A DNA stretch of 64,000 bases from NCBI GenBank assembly GCA_021324165.1, contig JAJPJR010000022.1, forward strand, positions 11,168 through 75,167, in the 5' to 3' direction. Shown piece by piece: positions 18,414-27,586 of the stretch (position 1 is the stretch's first letter; each line of letters opens with the position of its first letter). Below the pieces are notes generated by a model. It did not search any database. It saw nothing but the letters and a program-made list of their open reading frames with translations, and was not told the DNA's origin. The position numbers and the translations under genes are program-made. Origin of the DNA: Armatimonadota bacterium (GTDB lineage: Bacteria > Armatimonadota > Fimbriimonadia > Fimbriimonadales > ATM1).

Positions 18414-18945
18414 GCGGCTGAACTGCGCAGAAAGCATCCACCGCGTCTGCGTCGAACTGCGTTCCCGAGCCCGCGCGCAGCTGCTGAATCGCTGCGGCTT
18501 CATCTATCGGCTGTTTCCACGGCTGGCGGATTGTCATCACGTCGAACGCAATGCACACGAGCAGGATGCGCGAACCTGTCGGCGGAGCAGCCTCGGCCCA
18601 GTCGTATTGATGTTCGATCCAATCCGCGGCAGCGTGGAACCGCGAATCGAGGAGTTTCCGCACGGCGTGCGCGCCCTGTTTTGTTGAGTCTCTGACAAGT
18701 GCAAGTTCCTCTTCCGTGAGCGGGTGTGGCGATTCCAGGATGTCGGGGCTTACCGCGAATTTTCCGATTTCGTGAAGCGCGGCGGCGCATCGCATGGCGA
18801 TCAGTTCATCCCCTTTCAATCCGATTTGATGAGCGGCGGCGACCGCGAAACTGCTCACGCGTTCGGCATGGCCGCGGCGCGATGGGTTGTGGGATTCGAT
18901 GGCTGCAACCGCGCTTCGCAAAACCGTTTGAACCGTTTGCATCAT
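18379..18945 (-). CDS. HD domain protein (HD-GYP-related phosphohydrolase)
   Basis: It has HAERVSSFAVAAAHQIGL and AAALHEIGKF, which are HD motifs. It overlaps the selA stop by 4 nt. Confidence 0.7.
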   Translation of the reverse strand: MMQTVQTVLRSAVAAIESHNPSRRGHAERVSSFAVAAAHQIGLKGDELIAMRCAAALHEIGKFAVSPDILESPHPLTEEELALVRDSTKQGAHAVRKLLDSRFHAAADWIEHQYDWAEAAPPTGSRILLVCIAFDVMTIRQPWKQPIDEAAAIQQLRAGSGTQFDADAVDAFCAVQPLIQPVLLNEQP

Positions 18946-20264
18946 GCGCGCGCAGCCTGCACAATCCGCTCGATGTCGGGCTCGTCAACCGTTCGCATGT
19001 CAAGGTGAAACTGAGATTGAGAGATATATCCGATCACTCCGGCAAGGCGCATCTTGCGCGCGAAACCGTCGGCATCGGCTGCGGCGAAACTCACCCGCCA
19101 TGATGGCAGCTGCACTCCCGGCAGCGCCCCGCCGCCGGGCTCGCAAACGCCGGGAGTAACGTGCGGCTTGGGCTGGGTGTCTTGCAGTTCGCGGCATACT
19201 CGATTGGCGAGCTGTTCGATTTCTGCCGTGCTGCGGGCGAGGTATCTCAATGTGGGAATCTGCATCAGGTCGCCTCGAACGTAATCCAGAAGCGTGGCTT
19301 CGAGTGCGGCGGCTGTAAGTTTGTCAATGCGAAGCGCACGCGCCAAAGGGTTTTTCGCGATGCGTTCGATGAGCTTTTTTGCGCCGCAAATGATTCCGGC
19401 TTGCGGCCCGCCAAGCAGTTTGTCGCCGCTTGCCGTAACGATGTCGGCACCGGCTTTCAGCGAATCGGCGATTGTGGGTTCATGCGGAAGGCCGAACATC
19501 TCGGTGTTGATCAGGCACCCGCTGCCCACATCGTCAATCAGCAGCAGGTGGTGCCGATGCGCCGACTGGGCGAGATCAAACGCCGTGGGTTCATGGGTGA
19601 AGCCTTGAATCCTGAAGTTGCTTGGGTGGCACCGGACGTAGGCGGCGGTGTGTTCAGTGATCGCGTTTTCGTAGTCATCCACGTACGTTTTGTTGGTGCA
19701 GCCGACATCTATCAGCGCGGCTCCCGCAGAGCGGATCACGTCGGGCATCCGGAACGATCCGCCGATTTCGACGCTTTGTCCCCGAGAAAGAAGCACGCTT
19801 TTATTGGCGCAAAACGTGTTGAGCGTAAGGAACACCGCGGCGGCGTTGTTGTTCACGACCAGTGCGCTCTCGCAGCCTGTGAGTTTGTTCAAAACGGGTT
19901 GCAGCGGGCGCTGACGATCTCCTCGATCACCCGTCTCAAGGTTGATTTCCAGTGCGACGCTGCCTGCGGCGTCCCTCACCGCCTCCACGGCGCTCGGCGA
20001 GAGTTTGGCCCTTCCCAAGCCCGTGTTGAGGATGGTTCCGGAACAGTTCACCAACGGCCGGCACGAACGCTGGATCGCGGCGCCTGCCAGTTGGGCGGCT
20101 TCAAGGGCGATCGCGTCCAACGTGGGGCGTGAACCTTTCGCTCGGGCACGCGAAACGGCTTCACGGGCGGCGTCAGCCGCGGCGGCGTGAGGCATCCCCT
20201 TCAAAAGCGGGTGCTCGAGAACCGAGTGGACGCTTGGCAGTTGATGGCGGGATTCGTCGCCCAC
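18942..20264 (-). CDS. selA: L-seryl-tRNA(Sec) selenium transferase
   Basis: It has LPSVHSVLEHPLL, then GSFRMPDVIRSAGAALIDVGCTNKT, then the PLP-lysine context SGDKLLGGPQAGII. Confidence 0.85.
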   Translation of the reverse strand: MGDESRHQLPSVHSVLEHPLLKGMPHAAAADAAREAVSRARAKGSRPTLDAIALEAAQLAGAAIQRSCRPLVNCSGTILNTGLGRAKLSPSAVEAVRDAAGSVALEINLETGDRGDRQRPLQPVLNKLTGCESALVVNNNAAAVFLTLNTFCANKSVLLSRGQSVEIGGSFRMPDVIRSAGAALIDVGCTNKTYVDDYENAITEHTAAYVRCHPSNFRIQGFTHEPTAFDLAQSAHRHHLLLIDDVGSGCLINTEMFGLPHEPTIADSLKAGADIVTASGDKLLGGPQAGIICGAKKLIERIAKNPLARALRIDKLTAAALEATLLDYVRGDLMQIPTLRYLARSTAEIEQLANRVCRELQDTQPKPHVTPGVCEPGGGALPGVQLPSWRVSFAAADADGFARKMRLAGVIGYISQSQFHLDMRTVDEPDIERIVQAARA

Positions 20265-20287
20265 GCCTCGATTTTAGCGGATACCGA

Positions 20288-20476
20288 TCAGGGCAGTCGC
20301 CCGCGCCCGCCTCCAAGGGATTTGCGGGAAAACAGTCCGATCAGCAGGATTCCGGCTCCGGCGATAAGGGCCAGCGGCACAAGAATGCTCGAGAGGAACT
20401 TAACGATGGCCGCGATGATCGCTATTGCGACTGCTCCAAGCAGAATCGCGGCACCGATTTTTACAGGGTCTTTCAT
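20288..20476 (-). CDS. Small two-TM membrane protein (62 aa), function unknown
   Basis: The ATG at 20476 is preceded by GGAGG at about 6 nt. The protein reads MKDPVKIGAAILLGAVAIAIIAAIVKFLSSILVPLALIAGAGILLIGLF. It lies 23 nt upstream of selA on the same strand. Confidence 0.5.
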   Translation of the reverse strand: MKDPVKIGAAILLGAVAIAIIAAIVKFLSSILVPLALIAGAGILLIGLFSRKSLGGGRGRLP

Positions 20477-20579
20477 CTCAACCTCCAGACGTGCGCGTGG
20501 AACCAAAAGTCCAGCCGCACACGGTATCCATATCGGCTGCGGGCGCCGAAGGGTTGCAAAAAGGGGCCGATGGGCTCAT

Positions 20580-21335
20580 TCACATCACCTGTTCCAGGCC
20601 GACCAGCAGCCCTTTTTTGCCGCGGCACCGCCGGAGCGCAAGCAGCACCCCATTCATAAAAGAGCTGCGATCCATGCTGTCGTGGCGGATGGTGAGGAGT
20701 TCTCCCTGGCCGCCGAAGATCACGATCTGGTGAGCGACCAGGCCGGGCAGGCGGACCGAGTGGACGTGGGTTTGACCGACAACCGCGCCGGCTGCGCCTT
20801 CGTGTTTCAGGAGTTCGGTGGGAGAAGGGTTGGGCGGGTTTTTTCGTGCGGCCTCGATGAGCTCGGCTGTTCGGATTGCTGTGCCGCTCGGCGCATCCTT
20901 CTTTTTGTCGTGATGCATTTCGATCACTTCGACGTTCGGGAAAAACTCAGCCGCTTGCTTAGCGAACTGCATCATCAGAACGGCGCCGATGGCGAAGTTG
21001 GGAATATAGAGCGCTGCAAGGCCGGTTTGGTCGCAAACCTGGGCGATCTGTTCGAGAGATTGCTGCGAAAGGCCGCTCGTGCCGATGATCGGGATCGCGC
21101 CAGCGCGAAGGCATTGCACGGCGCTCTTCTCGGCGGCTGCTGCGTGTGTGAAATCCACCACGGCATCCGGTTTTGTTTGCAGAGCGGCAGGGAGGTCGGT
21201 CTGAATCTGATAGCCTTCGGCTGCGCCGGGATTGATGTCCACCGCGAAGACCAGCTGCATGTCGTCCGCGGCGAGCACGGTTTTGCAAACCTCGCGGCCC
21301 ATCCTTCCGGCGGCACCGATCACGCCTACGTTCAT
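20580..21335 (-). CDS. dapB: 4-hydroxy-tetrahydrodipicolinate reductase
   Basis: It has MNVGVIGAAGRMGREV and EMHHDKKKDAPSGTA. The start is residue 55 of track ORF 20580..21497 and overlaps the upstream gene as ATGA. Confidence 0.9.
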   Translation of the reverse strand: MNVGVIGAAGRMGREVCKTVLAADDMQLVFAVDINPGAAEGYQIQTDLPAALQTKPDAVVDFTHAAAAEKSAVQCLRAGAIPIIGTSGLSQQSLEQIAQVCDQTGLAALYIPNFAIGAVLMMQFAKQAAEFFPNVEVIEMHHDKKKDAPSGTAIRTAELIEAARKNPPNPSPTELLKHEGAAGAVVGQTHVHSVRLPGLVAHQIVIFGGQGELLTIRHDSMDRSSFMNGVLLALRRCRGKKGLLVGLEQVM

Positions 21336-21961
21336 TTCCGCTCCAGCACCAGGTTGGAATCTTTGATTCTCAGAGGGACTCCTTTGTCGTCGAGCCAGCT
21401 GTCGTACTGATTGGTTTTCACGTGGTGTGCCGACAGCCTGTTGCCGGCGATGGTGATCCGCTCGACGCCCAGATATTGGCACGTAACTGACTTCCATTGA
21501 AGCGTTTTGAAATCGAGCTGCGCGCAGTTGTAAATCTGTCCTTCGGCAGGGCGGGACGAAATGAACCAGAATTCATCTTTGCGACGCAACTCGAGGCGCT
21601 CATCCGCTGGGACGGTTTTTGATGTGCGCGTTCCGTCTTTCACGCTCGTGATTTTGGCCGATCGGCCAGCAAAATTCACCTCGATGTATTCCGAACTCGA
21701 GGCTGTTTTGCTCGCGGAAACCGTTCGAATCGAAGCGCGGATGGGCGATCCATCTTGGGCGTATTCGCTTTCCTGCGCGACTTTCAGCGTGACGCCGTTC
21801 ACGCTGATTTCCAAACGGGTTTGATTGAGTTTGGTGCGCTTGTCGGTGAATTTGTAGGAGACTTTCGCCGTTCCGGCAGGGCTGCCCGAATAGTAAACCG
21901 TCATCTCTGCCGATCCGGAGAGGTTTTGCGCGGCAATCGCGGCGGCGAGCAGAGCGCACAT
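21332..21961 (-). CDS. Hypothetical protein (short hydrophobic N-terminus, beta-rich)
   Basis: This 209-aa ORF is translationally coupled to dapB. An in-frame TAG five codons upstream fixes the ATG at 21961. I recognise no family. Confidence 0.55.
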   Translation of the reverse strand: MCALLAAAIAAQNLSGSAEMTVYYSGSPAGTAKVSYKFTDKRTKLNQTRLEISVNGVTLKVAQESEYAQDGSPIRASIRTVSASKTASSSEYIEVNFAGRSAKITSVKDGTRTSKTVPADERLELRRKDEFWFISSRPAEGQIYNCAQLDFKTLQWKSVTCQYLGVERITIAGNRLSAHHVKTNQYDSWLDDKGVPLRIKDSNLVLERK

Positions 21962-22085
21962 AGGCTGGGGTGTACCCTATCGGCTCGTGTAGAATCTGCC
22001 AATTCGCGGGACACTGGTCAATACGGGGTCTGTTTTAGTCGGTGCGGGAATCGGCGCGGCAGCGCATGCGGCAATTCCTTCCGAT

Positions 22086-22757
22086 TTGGAGCCGCTTGCC
22101 AAGGCGGCAATCGGCATCGGAACTGTCGCCTTGGGGATGAAGATGTTTTTCGCGACGCGCAATGTGCTGATTCCCATCGGCGCGCTGATCATCGGTGGTG
22201 TGGTGGGGCATTTGTGCCGAATCCAAACGGGGATAGACATCGTTTCGGCGTGGCTTCAAACGCGGTTTGGCGGCGGGACAGGATTTCAAGAGTCGTTCGT
22301 AACCAGCAGCATTCTGTTTTGCGCGGGGCCGATGACGTTCATCGGGTGTTTGGAAGACGGTCTGGAAGGCAAGCCGAGGCTTTTGTATCTGAAATCGCTG
22401 CTCGACGGCGTGTCGGCGGTGTTTTTTGCGGCTGCGGTCGGATACGGTGTTTTCTTTTCTGCCGCGTCGGTTCTGGTTGTGCAGGGAACGCTCACGCTGG
22501 GAGCCAGGGCGTTTCGGAGCGTCGCAGCCGATCGGGCGGTTTTGGATGAGATTTCGGCTGCGGGCGGGCTGATTCTCTGCCTGATCGGGCTGAATCTGCT
22601 GGGGCTGGTGTACCCCGAAGTTTCAAAGTTTCTTGCCGACTATCTTCCCGCCTTGGTTTTTGCGGGTCTGGCCGCAGCCCTGACCTCGAAACGGACGCCG
22701 CCTAATCAACAAACGCCTGACCTGCCCGGACCATCTTCCGAGCAAGATCGGCGATAG
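22086..22757 (+). CDS. DUF554 family membrane protein (N-terminus probably extends upstream, see findings)
   Basis: This is the track ORF. The frame stays open upstream to TAG 21990. There it encodes IRGTLVNTGSVLVGAGIGAAA, which matches the conserved DUF554 N-terminus. Confidence 0.7.
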   Translation: MEPLAKAAIGIGTVALGMKMFFATRNVLIPIGALIIGGVVGHLCRIQTGIDIVSAWLQTRFGGGTGFQESFVTSSILFCAGPMTFIGCLEDGLEGKPRLLYLKSLLDGVSAVFFAAAVGYGVFFSAASVLVVQGTLTLGARAFRSVAADRAVLDEISAAGGLILCLIGLNLLGLVYPEVSKFLADYLPALVFAGLAAALTSKRTPPNQQTPDLPGPSSEQDRR

Positions 22758-24609
22758 ATTCCGGCGTTATCCCCACATCGGCAAGCAGTTCGGACTGAGT
22801 GCCGTGTTCGACAAACGCATCGGGCAGGCTCAATGTCAGGACTTCAATGCCGGGCGCGTTGGATTCGCGTATCGCTCTGACCACGGCCTCCCCGAAACCG
22901 CCGGATGCGACGTTTTCCTCGACCGTGATCAGCTTTGATGTTTCCTTCGCCGCTGATAGGATCGTCTGCACGTCGAGCGGTTTGGCAAACCGCGCATTGA
23001 TGACGGTGGCTTCGATGGCTTGCTGTTCGAGCAGCGCGGCGGCCTTGCAACAGGCTGCAACGGTCGAGCCGATTCCCACGAGAGTGATCTGCGTGCCGGT
23101 GCGCAGCACCTCGGCGCGCCCAAAGCGGATGCGCGTTCGAGATTCGGGCAGCGATGTATCGGCTGAGCCTCTGGGATAACGAACCGCGATCGGGCCCGCG
23201 TTGTGCTTCATCGCAAACCGGATCATTTCGGCAAGTTCAGTGGTGTCGCGCGGAGCCATGATCACCATGTTGGGAATCATCGAAAGATAGCTGAGATCGA
23301 ACGCTCCGTGATGCGTGGCGCCATCTGCGCCGACGAGACCGGCACGATCCAAGAAAAACCTTACGGGTAGATTTTGAATCGCCACATCGTGGATCACCTG
23401 GTCGAATCCTCGTTGCAGGAACGTCGAATAGATTGCACATGCCGGCTTTGCACCCCCTGCGGCAAGTCCGGCGGCGAACGTCACCGCGTGCTGCTCACAA
23501 ATCCCCACATCCACATAACGTTCGGGAAGTTCTTTTGCGAACTTGGTGAGACCGGTTCCGTCGGGCATCGCGGCAGTGATCGCGACGATCGCAGGGTCTT
23601 TCTTTGCGAGTTCAAGGAGCGTATCGCCGAACTGCTGGGTATATGAAATCGGCCCTCCGCTCTTGGGCATTTCGCATTTTTCAGGATCGAACGGCACGAC
23701 GCCGTGCCACTTTCTTGCGTCCTGTTCTGCAACCTCGTAACCTTTGCCTTTCACGGTGATGCAGTGCAAAAGCACCGGCCCCTTGAGTTGTTTGGCGTTG
23801 GCAAAAAGGTCGAGCATCATATCGAGGTTGTGGCCGTCTACGGGGCCGTAATACTGAAACCCGAGCTCTTCGTAAATCGCGCCGACATCTTCGGGAGCGA
23901 AGTAGTGGGTTACGCCGTGCTTGAGTCCTGCCGCTGCCCGCGCGACCGGCTTCGGCAGTTTTTCAACCACGCTTTTCGCGCGCTGCTCGATGTTCTGAAA
24001 CCATCTTCGGGATCGAAGTCTTGCGAAATGGTGCGTGAGCGCACCGACGTTTTCGGCGATGGACATCTTGTTGTCGTTCAGCACAACGGTGATGTCGGTG
24101 TTGAGCTGCGCTGCGTTGTTGACGGCTTCCCACGCCATTCCGCCCGCCATTGCGGCGTCTCCGGAAATCGCAACGATCCGTTCGCCGGATTTTCGAAGGT
24201 CGCGGGCCATGGCGTAGCCAAGCGCTGCGGAAACGGCGGTGCAAGCGTGTCCTGCTCCCCAATGATCGTGTTCGCTTTCGGCCATCCGCAGAAACCCGCT
24301 GATGCCGCCGTGCTGTCGAAGCGTGTCGAATTCGGCGAGGCGTCCGGTGAGCAGTTTGTGAGGATAGGCTTGATGTCCGGTGTCCCAGCACACCTTGTCG
24401 GGCGGGATGTCATAGGTTGCGTAAAGCGCGACCGTGAGTTCGACGGTGCCGAGGTTGCTGGCGAAGTGGCCTCCGGTTTTGCTGACGTTGTCCAAAATCG
24501 CGAGCCTGATTTCGGCGCAAACTTTGTGCAGGCTCTGCCGGTCGAGGGTTTTCAGATCGCGGGGTTCGCGGATCGCGCTCAGCAGCGGATAACGAGACAG
24601 ATCGGGCAT
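22702..24609 (-). CDS. dxs: 1-deoxy-D-xylulose-5-phosphate synthase
   Basis: It has GGHFASNLGTVELTVAL, then GHQAYPHKLLTGR, then the ThDP motif GDAAMAGGMAWEAVNNA. It is full length at 635 aa. Confidence 0.95.
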   Translation of the reverse strand: MPDLSRYPLLSAIREPRDLKTLDRQSLHKVCAEIRLAILDNVSKTGGHFASNLGTVELTVALYATYDIPPDKVCWDTGHQAYPHKLLTGRLAEFDTLRQHGGISGFLRMAESEHDHWGAGHACTAVSAALGYAMARDLRKSGERIVAISGDAAMAGGMAWEAVNNAAQLNTDITVVLNDNKMSIAENVGALTHHFARLRSRRWFQNIEQRAKSVVEKLPKPVARAAAGLKHGVTHYFAPEDVGAIYEELGFQYYGPVDGHNLDMMLDLFANAKQLKGPVLLHCITVKGKGYEVAEQDARKWHGVVPFDPEKCEMPKSGGPISYTQQFGDTLLELAKKDPAIVAITAAMPDGTGLTKFAKELPERYVDVGICEQHAVTFAAGLAAGGAKPACAIYSTFLQRGFDQVIHDVAIQNLPVRFFLDRAGLVGADGATHHGAFDLSYLSMIPNMVIMAPRDTTELAEMIRFAMKHNAGPIAVRYPRGSADTSLPESRTRIRFGRAEVLRTGTQITLVGIGSTVAACCKAAALLEQQAIEATVINARFAKPLDVQTILSAAKETSKLITVEENVASGGFGEAVVRAIRESNAPGIEVLTLSLPDAFVEHGTQSELLADVGITPESIADLARKMVRAGQAFVD

Positions 24610-24627
24610 CGGCGTGGCTATTCTTGC

Positions 24628-25905
24628 TTAACGCATAGGTTTTTCGGAAACTCCCTGTTTTTTGGAATCAGGACTGTTTGCCAGGGCGGCAAGCCGCAGG
24701 GCGTACTTTTTGGCCGATCCTCGGTGCTGTTCCACCAGGCGGCGCCCCGCCTCTCCCATCGCGCGCTGCCGGGCCGGATCGGCAAGGAGCTGTTGAACGT
24801 GCCGGGCGATCTGGGCGGAATCGGCCGCGGCAAGAACGGCTCCGGTTCGAACGCCCTCTTCGAAAGGCTGGCGGAAGTTGTGCATGTGGGGGCCGCAGAT
24901 GACCGGACAGCCCGCCGAGAGCGGCTCGATGATGTTTTGGCCACCGAGAGGCGCGAACCCGCCCCCGATCACGGCGGCCGATGCGCGGGAGTAGGCCGAA
25001 CTGAGGAGCCCGATCTGATCGAGAATCACCAGCCGGGCATCGGTTTCGCCCAAAGAGAACCTTCCCGCGCTCAGGTTTCTTGCCTGGGCTTTTGAAAGAA
25101 TCTGCTCCGCCCTTTCGATGTGCCGAGGAGCGAACAGAACTTTGCACTGGATGTTCGCGATCGCGTCGAGGGTTAAGTTTTCTTCTTCTTCTCCCCTGAT
25201 GCTGCCAAAGACCACAAGCGGTTCGCCCTCTTTCAAATCAAGGGCGGCATTCCAATCCAGTTCGCCTTGTTGGGGGAGTTGAACGTCGTATTTGCTGTTG
25301 CCGATGATTTCGGCTTTCGCTCCGAAAAACCGGGCGCGCTTGGCGTCGGTTTCGGTCTGCATCAGGCATGCATCGAGCAGGCGGAAAACTTTTTTGTAAA
25401 ACCATCGAACCCTAACCGCATCGGCAAAGCTGCGATCCGAGATTCTCCCGTTGACGATTGCGGCGGCGGCAAACTGTTTTTTGGCATAGTGCAGAAAGTT
25501 GAACCAGATTTCGGTTTCCAAAATCGCCACGATGTCGGGCTGGACGGTTTTCATCGCGCGTTTGCAAACGTGCGGAAGATCTATTGGGAAATAGATGAGA
25601 ATATCGGCGTGTTTGGATTGATCGGCAAGGCAGAAGCCTGTGGTGGTGGTGCACGAAACGACGATTTCAAAATTCGGTTTGAGTTGACGAAACTGTTCGA
25701 TGATCGGCTTTGCCGCCATCACCTCGCCCACCGAAACGGCATGAAACCAGATTCTTGGTTTGGTTTTTGCGGGAATGTTGTCGTAATGTCCGAACCGCTG
25801 TCGCCAATCGGGCTGTTGGTTTCGGGCTTTGGCGCGGCGCAGCATCCAGACGGCCCAAATGGGGAACGTTAGATACAACGTTAGGCTGTAAAGAACTCTA
25901 AGCAT
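24628..25905 (-). CDS. waaA: 3-deoxy-D-manno-octulosonic acid transferase (canonical WaaA/KdtA)
   Basis: It has IWFHAVSVGEVMAAKPII, then APRHIERAEQI, then GGGFAPLGGQNIIEPLSAGCPVICGPHMHNF. The start is taken at MLRVLYSL (25905), overlapping the upstream stop. Confidence 0.85.
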   Translation of the reverse strand: MLRVLYSLTLYLTFPIWAVWMLRRAKARNQQPDWRQRFGHYDNIPAKTKPRIWFHAVSVGEVMAAKPIIEQFRQLKPNFEIVVSCTTTTGFCLADQSKHADILIYFPIDLPHVCKRAMKTVQPDIVAILETEIWFNFLHYAKKQFAAAAIVNGRISDRSFADAVRVRWFYKKVFRLLDACLMQTETDAKRARFFGAKAEIIGNSKYDVQLPQQGELDWNAALDLKEGEPLVVFGSIRGEEEENLTLDAIANIQCKVLFAPRHIERAEQILSKAQARNLSAGRFSLGETDARLVILDQIGLLSSAYSRASAAVIGGGFAPLGGQNIIEPLSAGCPVICGPHMHNFRQPFEEGVRTGAVLAAADSAQIARHVQQLLADPARQRAMGEAGRRLVEQHRGSAKKYALRLAALANSPDSKKQGVSEKPMR

Positions 25906-26554
25906 CGAAACCCAGTTCGCGTTCGGCTTCGGTTTGAAGTTGGTTGAGTTGATGTTCGAGCAGCTCTCCAATCTGTTGGAGTTCGTTTTCATTGGCGTTC
26001 GGCGGCACACGGATCGGTTCTCCAATCAGGATGAGCCCTTTTGCAAAAGGGAACGGCACGAGATAGCGGTCCCAACTGTTGAAAAGTTTTCTGGGTTTTG
26101 CACTTGCAGCCGCAGGAAAGATCGCTGCGCTGCCTTTTTGCGCCAGCCACAAAATTCCGCGCTGCACTTTTTGCGAAGGGCCGCGTGGGCCGTCGGGAGT
26201 GAACACGAACGTTTCGCCTTGACGCAGAATGCGCGCACATTCTATGGCAGCGCGGGCTCCTCCTCTTCCGGTGCTGCCGCGCACAACGCGAAAACCGAGC
26301 AGATTGAAAATCGTGTTTTGGATTTCTCCATCGCGGGAGTGGCTGATGAGCGCCCACCATTTTCGATTGCGGTATTTCAGGGCGGCAAGCATGGTTCTTC
26401 CGTGCCATCCCGCCAGAATTCGGCCAGTGGATTCGGCATCGAACCGTTCTTGTCCGCGGACTTCGATGCGGAGCGTCATGCCGATACATCGCGCCAAAAA
26501 GTAAGCGAGCAGCGCGGCCATTTTTCTTTTGACTCGACCCCACCAATGGCGCAT
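25898..26554 (-). CDS. DUF374 / lysophospholipid acyltransferase-like protein commonly linked to waaA
   Basis: It reads WHGRTMLAALKYRNRKWWALISHSRDGEIQNTIFNLLGFRVVRGSTGRGGARA...FTPDGPRGP. Confidence 0.75.
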   Translation of the reverse strand: MRHWWGRVKRKMAALLAYFLARCIGMTLRIEVRGQERFDAESTGRILAGWHGRTMLAALKYRNRKWWALISHSRDGEIQNTIFNLLGFRVVRGSTGRGGARAAIECARILRQGETFVFTPDGPRGPSQKVQRGILWLAQKGSAAIFPAAASAKPRKLFNSWDRYLVPFPFAKGLILIGEPIRVPPNANENELQQIGELLEHQLNQLQTEAERELGFDA

Positions 26555-26588
26555 TGCGAAAAGTTTAGCGTATGGCTCGTGCGGCAGA

Positions 26589-27578
26589 TCATTTTTCGGC
26601 TGAAGAGCGGATCGCGCCTAAGTCATAGGGCGGGGCGAAAACCCCTCGCTCGGTAACGATGTGCGAGATCAGGCGGGCTGGTGTAACGTCGAATGCGGGG
26701 TTCCAAACGCGCACGTTTTCCGGTGCGATTCGAGTCTGAGCGATTTCGACGATCTCACTGGCCGCGCGCTGTTCAATCGGAATCTGTTCACCCGATGGGA
26801 TTTTTGAATCAATGGTGGAAGTGGGGGCGGCAATCACAAACGGGATTTTGAAAGTGTCGGAAACAATGGCAAGCATCAGGGTGCCGATTTTGTTTGCGGT
26901 GTCTCCATTGGCGGCGATGCGATCGGCTCCTGCTGCGACCATGTCAACCGAATGGGCACTCATAAACGCAGCCGCTGCGCCGTCGGCGATCACGCGGAAA
27001 GGGATGTTTTCTTGTGAAAGTTCCCACGCGTTGAGTTTCAGGCCTTGCAGTCGGGGCCGGGTTTCCAAAAGAATCGCTTCTTTGAGCAGGTTTTTTTGAA
27101 AAGCGGTTTTGATGATTCCGAGCGCCGTTCCGATGCCCGGCGTGGCGAGCGACCCTGTGCTGCAGATGGTGATGATGGTCGAAGGTTTTGCAAGCAGCGA
27201 CGCGCCGAAGTTTCCGATGGCTTGGTTGGCTGCGATCTCCTCGTTTTTGATCGCGTGAGCTTCGGCGAGCGGATCGGGTGCATTTTCTACGCGCCGAATG
27301 GCGTGAAACAGGTTGACCGCCGTGGGGCGTGTGCGTTCGAGCGCGCGGGCCGCTTCGTTTATCTCACCGGTTTTGTGGGCCATCGCAAGCGCATATGCGG
27401 CTGCGACTCCGATGAGCGGCGCGCCGCGCACGGCCATCGTTTCGATCGCTTCGGCGGCCTGCTGCCAGGTGGAAAGGTCGAGCCAAATCTGTTGGTTGGG
27501 CAGAGCGCGTTGATCCAATACGCGCAGCCGGCCTTCGACATAAGCCACAGGATCGAGATGCACGCAGGCAGGATACAC
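26589..27578 (-). CDS. mtnA: S-methyl-5-thioribose-1-phosphate isomerase (eIF-2B family)
   Basis: It has LRVLDQRALP, then ETMAVRGAPLIGVAAAYALA, then VAAGADRIAANGDTANKIGT. Confidence 0.85.
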   Translation of the reverse strand: MYPACVHLDPVAYVEGRLRVLDQRALPNQQIWLDLSTWQQAAEAIETMAVRGAPLIGVAAAYALAMAHKTGEINEAARALERTRPTAVNLFHAIRRVENAPDPLAEAHAIKNEEIAANQAIGNFGASLLAKPSTIITICSTGSLATPGIGTALGIIKTAFQKNLLKEAILLETRPRLQGLKLNAWELSQENIPFRVIADGAAAAFMSAHSVDMVAAGADRIAANGDTANKIGTLMLAIVSDTFKIPFVIAAPTSTIDSKIPSGEQIPIEQRAASEIVEIAQTRIAPENVRVWNPAFDVTPARLISHIVTERGVFAPPYDLGAIRSSAEK

Positions 27579-27586
27579 TCCCTCCG

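Noticed and set aside
18379-20580. tRNA-Sec or an in-frame-TGA selenoprotein gene near selA.
   Set aside because: I found no tRNA-like cloverleaf in the flanking gaps. No pair of same-frame ORFs split by a TGA is apparent. This is not excluded elsewhere in the genome.
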